64,000 bases of DNA from the human T2T-CHM13v2.0 reference genome, Homo sapiens. The notes beneath the pieces are model-generated. The model saw nothing but the letters and a program-made list of their open reading frames with translations. It had not been told where the DNA came from and searched no databases. The DNA lies in assembly GCF_009914755.1 (NCBI RefSeq), contig NC_060932.1; one strand, given 5' to 3'. Shown here piece by piece: positions 62,292 to 64,000 of the stretch (the first letter of the stretch is position 1; the number at the start of each line of letters is the position of its first letter). The position numbers and the translations under genes were made by a program.

Positions 62292-64000
62292 TCCAAGGGC
62301 TTGAACATTTCTTGACTTGTTGGCAATCCAAATCGTTACGTCTCCGAAACAGAGTTGACTGAGGGGACCGCAGGGCTGGGCAGGACCTTTGACTTCCTAT
62401 ACATCCACAGGAGCAAGAAAACCTCAGCCCCACTCTACCAACACGCACCTAGTAAAATTCCGCCAACCGAATCTCACGCACGCTAACACGTGGGGAGCGT
62501 TGCTTGCACCACGAGTCCCCATTTGGCTCAACCGCCGATGCCAAGTGTGTGGTTCCAGTTGCGACGGCCCCCCGTGAAGTGGCTTCCGGATGTGCGAAGG
62601 AACCAGGCAGAGTTTCACTGGCCAAATAGACCCCAGCAAAGCTGAAGTTAACTCCCACATTTGGGATGTACTTCAGAGGTAAAACATTCATCCCGTCTTC
62701 TTTCCGGATGTCTGACACCATGGTTCTCCCCCTGATCCTAAGAGTAGCTGAGGCAGAGACTCACTGAAAGATCTAGGCGGGGATATCCCATCATGCACAG
62801 GCTCTCTCCATTCTCTGACCTGGGAACAACTCTCAGCAGGATTCCACATCTAGGAGGCCTCGGAACTCAGCGGGATTTTCTGAGACACACCAACTGGCTG
62901 CTCCCTCTCCGCCGCTGTTGAGGGTCGTTATCTTGATTATCCAGATCACCTAGAAAGTATCCGTATCCAGAATGAATAAGATCAACTCTCTGCTCCTCTG
63001 ACAGCAGAAGGAGCAGGACCGTAAGGAACCAAAGAGCGTGGAAGGAAACGATGTGACAGGAAAGCTCAGAGAACGGCCACAGGGGGTCGTCAGCAGGCCT
63101 TCCAACCTGAATCATGAATAATTAATGAAGCGCAAATCAAAGGGGACTCGAGTTTCAGCAGGAGCAATTCATCCAACGGGAGATCGCCGGAGGGCCAACA
63201 AGATTGAGTGACTGGGAGCCGGGTGCAGTGTCAAAGGGGACGCGACTGGTTCCAAAGCTCGAGAAGACCATGGGGTCACTTGGGCTACATGAGAAAACGC
63301 CCCAGTGTGCTGGTTCATCATTCCGACTCCTGCCTGTCTCTTCCCGTCCAAGGAACATGGACCCTAAGTCGTGCAGGTGCGGATGACCATGGGCAGAATT
63401 AGGGGCCGTGGCACAAAAGTTCACCGACACGGGAGTTCCACAGAAGGTGCGGTGGATCTTCGCAAATCCAGAGACATGGCAATGGGACCCAGGGAATTAC
63501 AGCCTCACAGGCGTCCGGGAGACTTTTCAGGCATAATGCCTGGAGTCGCAAGAGGAGCTGAAAAAGGAGCCAGGCACTGAAGGACAAAGCGTTGTTGACT
63601 TTCCTCATCTGTGTTTCCCAGTGCGGTCCAATTCACGGTTGTTTCCAAGCGCCTCCTGGGGGAGAAAACACATGAGGGTGCGGTCAGGGTTCTCTGCTGA
63701 CAGACTTACCTTGGGGAAGAAAGAGAAGCTCTGAAGATGGATCATGGCCGTGACTGCATGTCAAGGAGAGTCTCCTTGATGACACTGAGGCCTACGTCGA
63801 GATAGACAAAATGTGGTCCAATTAAAAGGTGTCTATTTTACCACATTTTTTAAAACAAAACAAAACAAAACAACAAAAAAGATGGAAAAGAAGACAGGGG
63901 TACAGGCACCAGTGTTACATGTCTGACGGGGAACATCTATTGTTCAAAGCTTGCAGCTGTACAAGTAGGTTTTAGAATGTCTGTCAGCAGTGGACATGAT

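Larger units (their letters stand above)
1..64000 (+). repeat. Tandem macrosatellite-like gene array (FAM90A cluster), ~7.65-kb unit, ~8.4 units, continuing beyond both window edges
   Basis: FAM90A start codons recur at 4099, 11747, 19390, 27043, 34686, 42338, 49986, 57634 (periods 7648, 7643, 7653, 7643, 7652, 7648, 7648). The window starts in the 3' end of a previous copy and ends just before the promoter of a ninth. Confidence 0.99.

Noticed and set aside
1-64000. CRISPR array, prokaryotic operon or phage system
   Set aside because: No short repeat-spacer structure. Spliceosomal introns, a HERV-K LTR and FAM90A identify primate nuclear DNA.
45963-64000. Units 7-9 as an assembly stutter of one unit
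   Set aside because: They carry private substitutions (e.g. GGAAACAGG at ~49230, GAGACAAC at ~56786, CTGCATCTC at ~57772), so they are not literal duplicates. Read-level confirmation is still desirable.

Overview
The window is primate (human-like) genomic DNA, entirely a head-to-tail tandem array of a ~7.65-kb unit (about 8.4 units, differing only by scattered substitutions and small indels). I recognise it as the FAM90A gene cluster, which in human lies in the 8p23.1 segmental duplications. Each unit has a minus-strand HERV-K(HML-2) solo LTR (LTR5A-like, 1033-1034 bp) with a perfect TCCAAG target-site duplication. It also has a spacer with a minus-strand 90-aa ORF and an (AAAAC)n tract, a compact promoter (paired-homeodomain TAAT sites, a perfect DUX4 consensus, a TATA box) and a plus-strand FAM90A gene. 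The four coding exons splice, via one GC-AG intron, to a 464-aa protein with a TAF1-like CCHC zinc knuckle; all eight complete copies have open frames. Diagnostic variants reveal a higher-order order A-B-C-B-C-A'-D-D-D, mosaic copies, and copy-specific regulatory changes (a broken TATA box in copy 5, a gained CRE in copies 2 and 4). The most interesting hypothesis is a DUX4/PRD-homeobox-driven, possibly bidirectional cassette that makes FAM90A in one direction and a spliced, LTR-terminated small-ORF transcript in the other. Paralog numbers and all expression claims cannot be determined from sequence alone.
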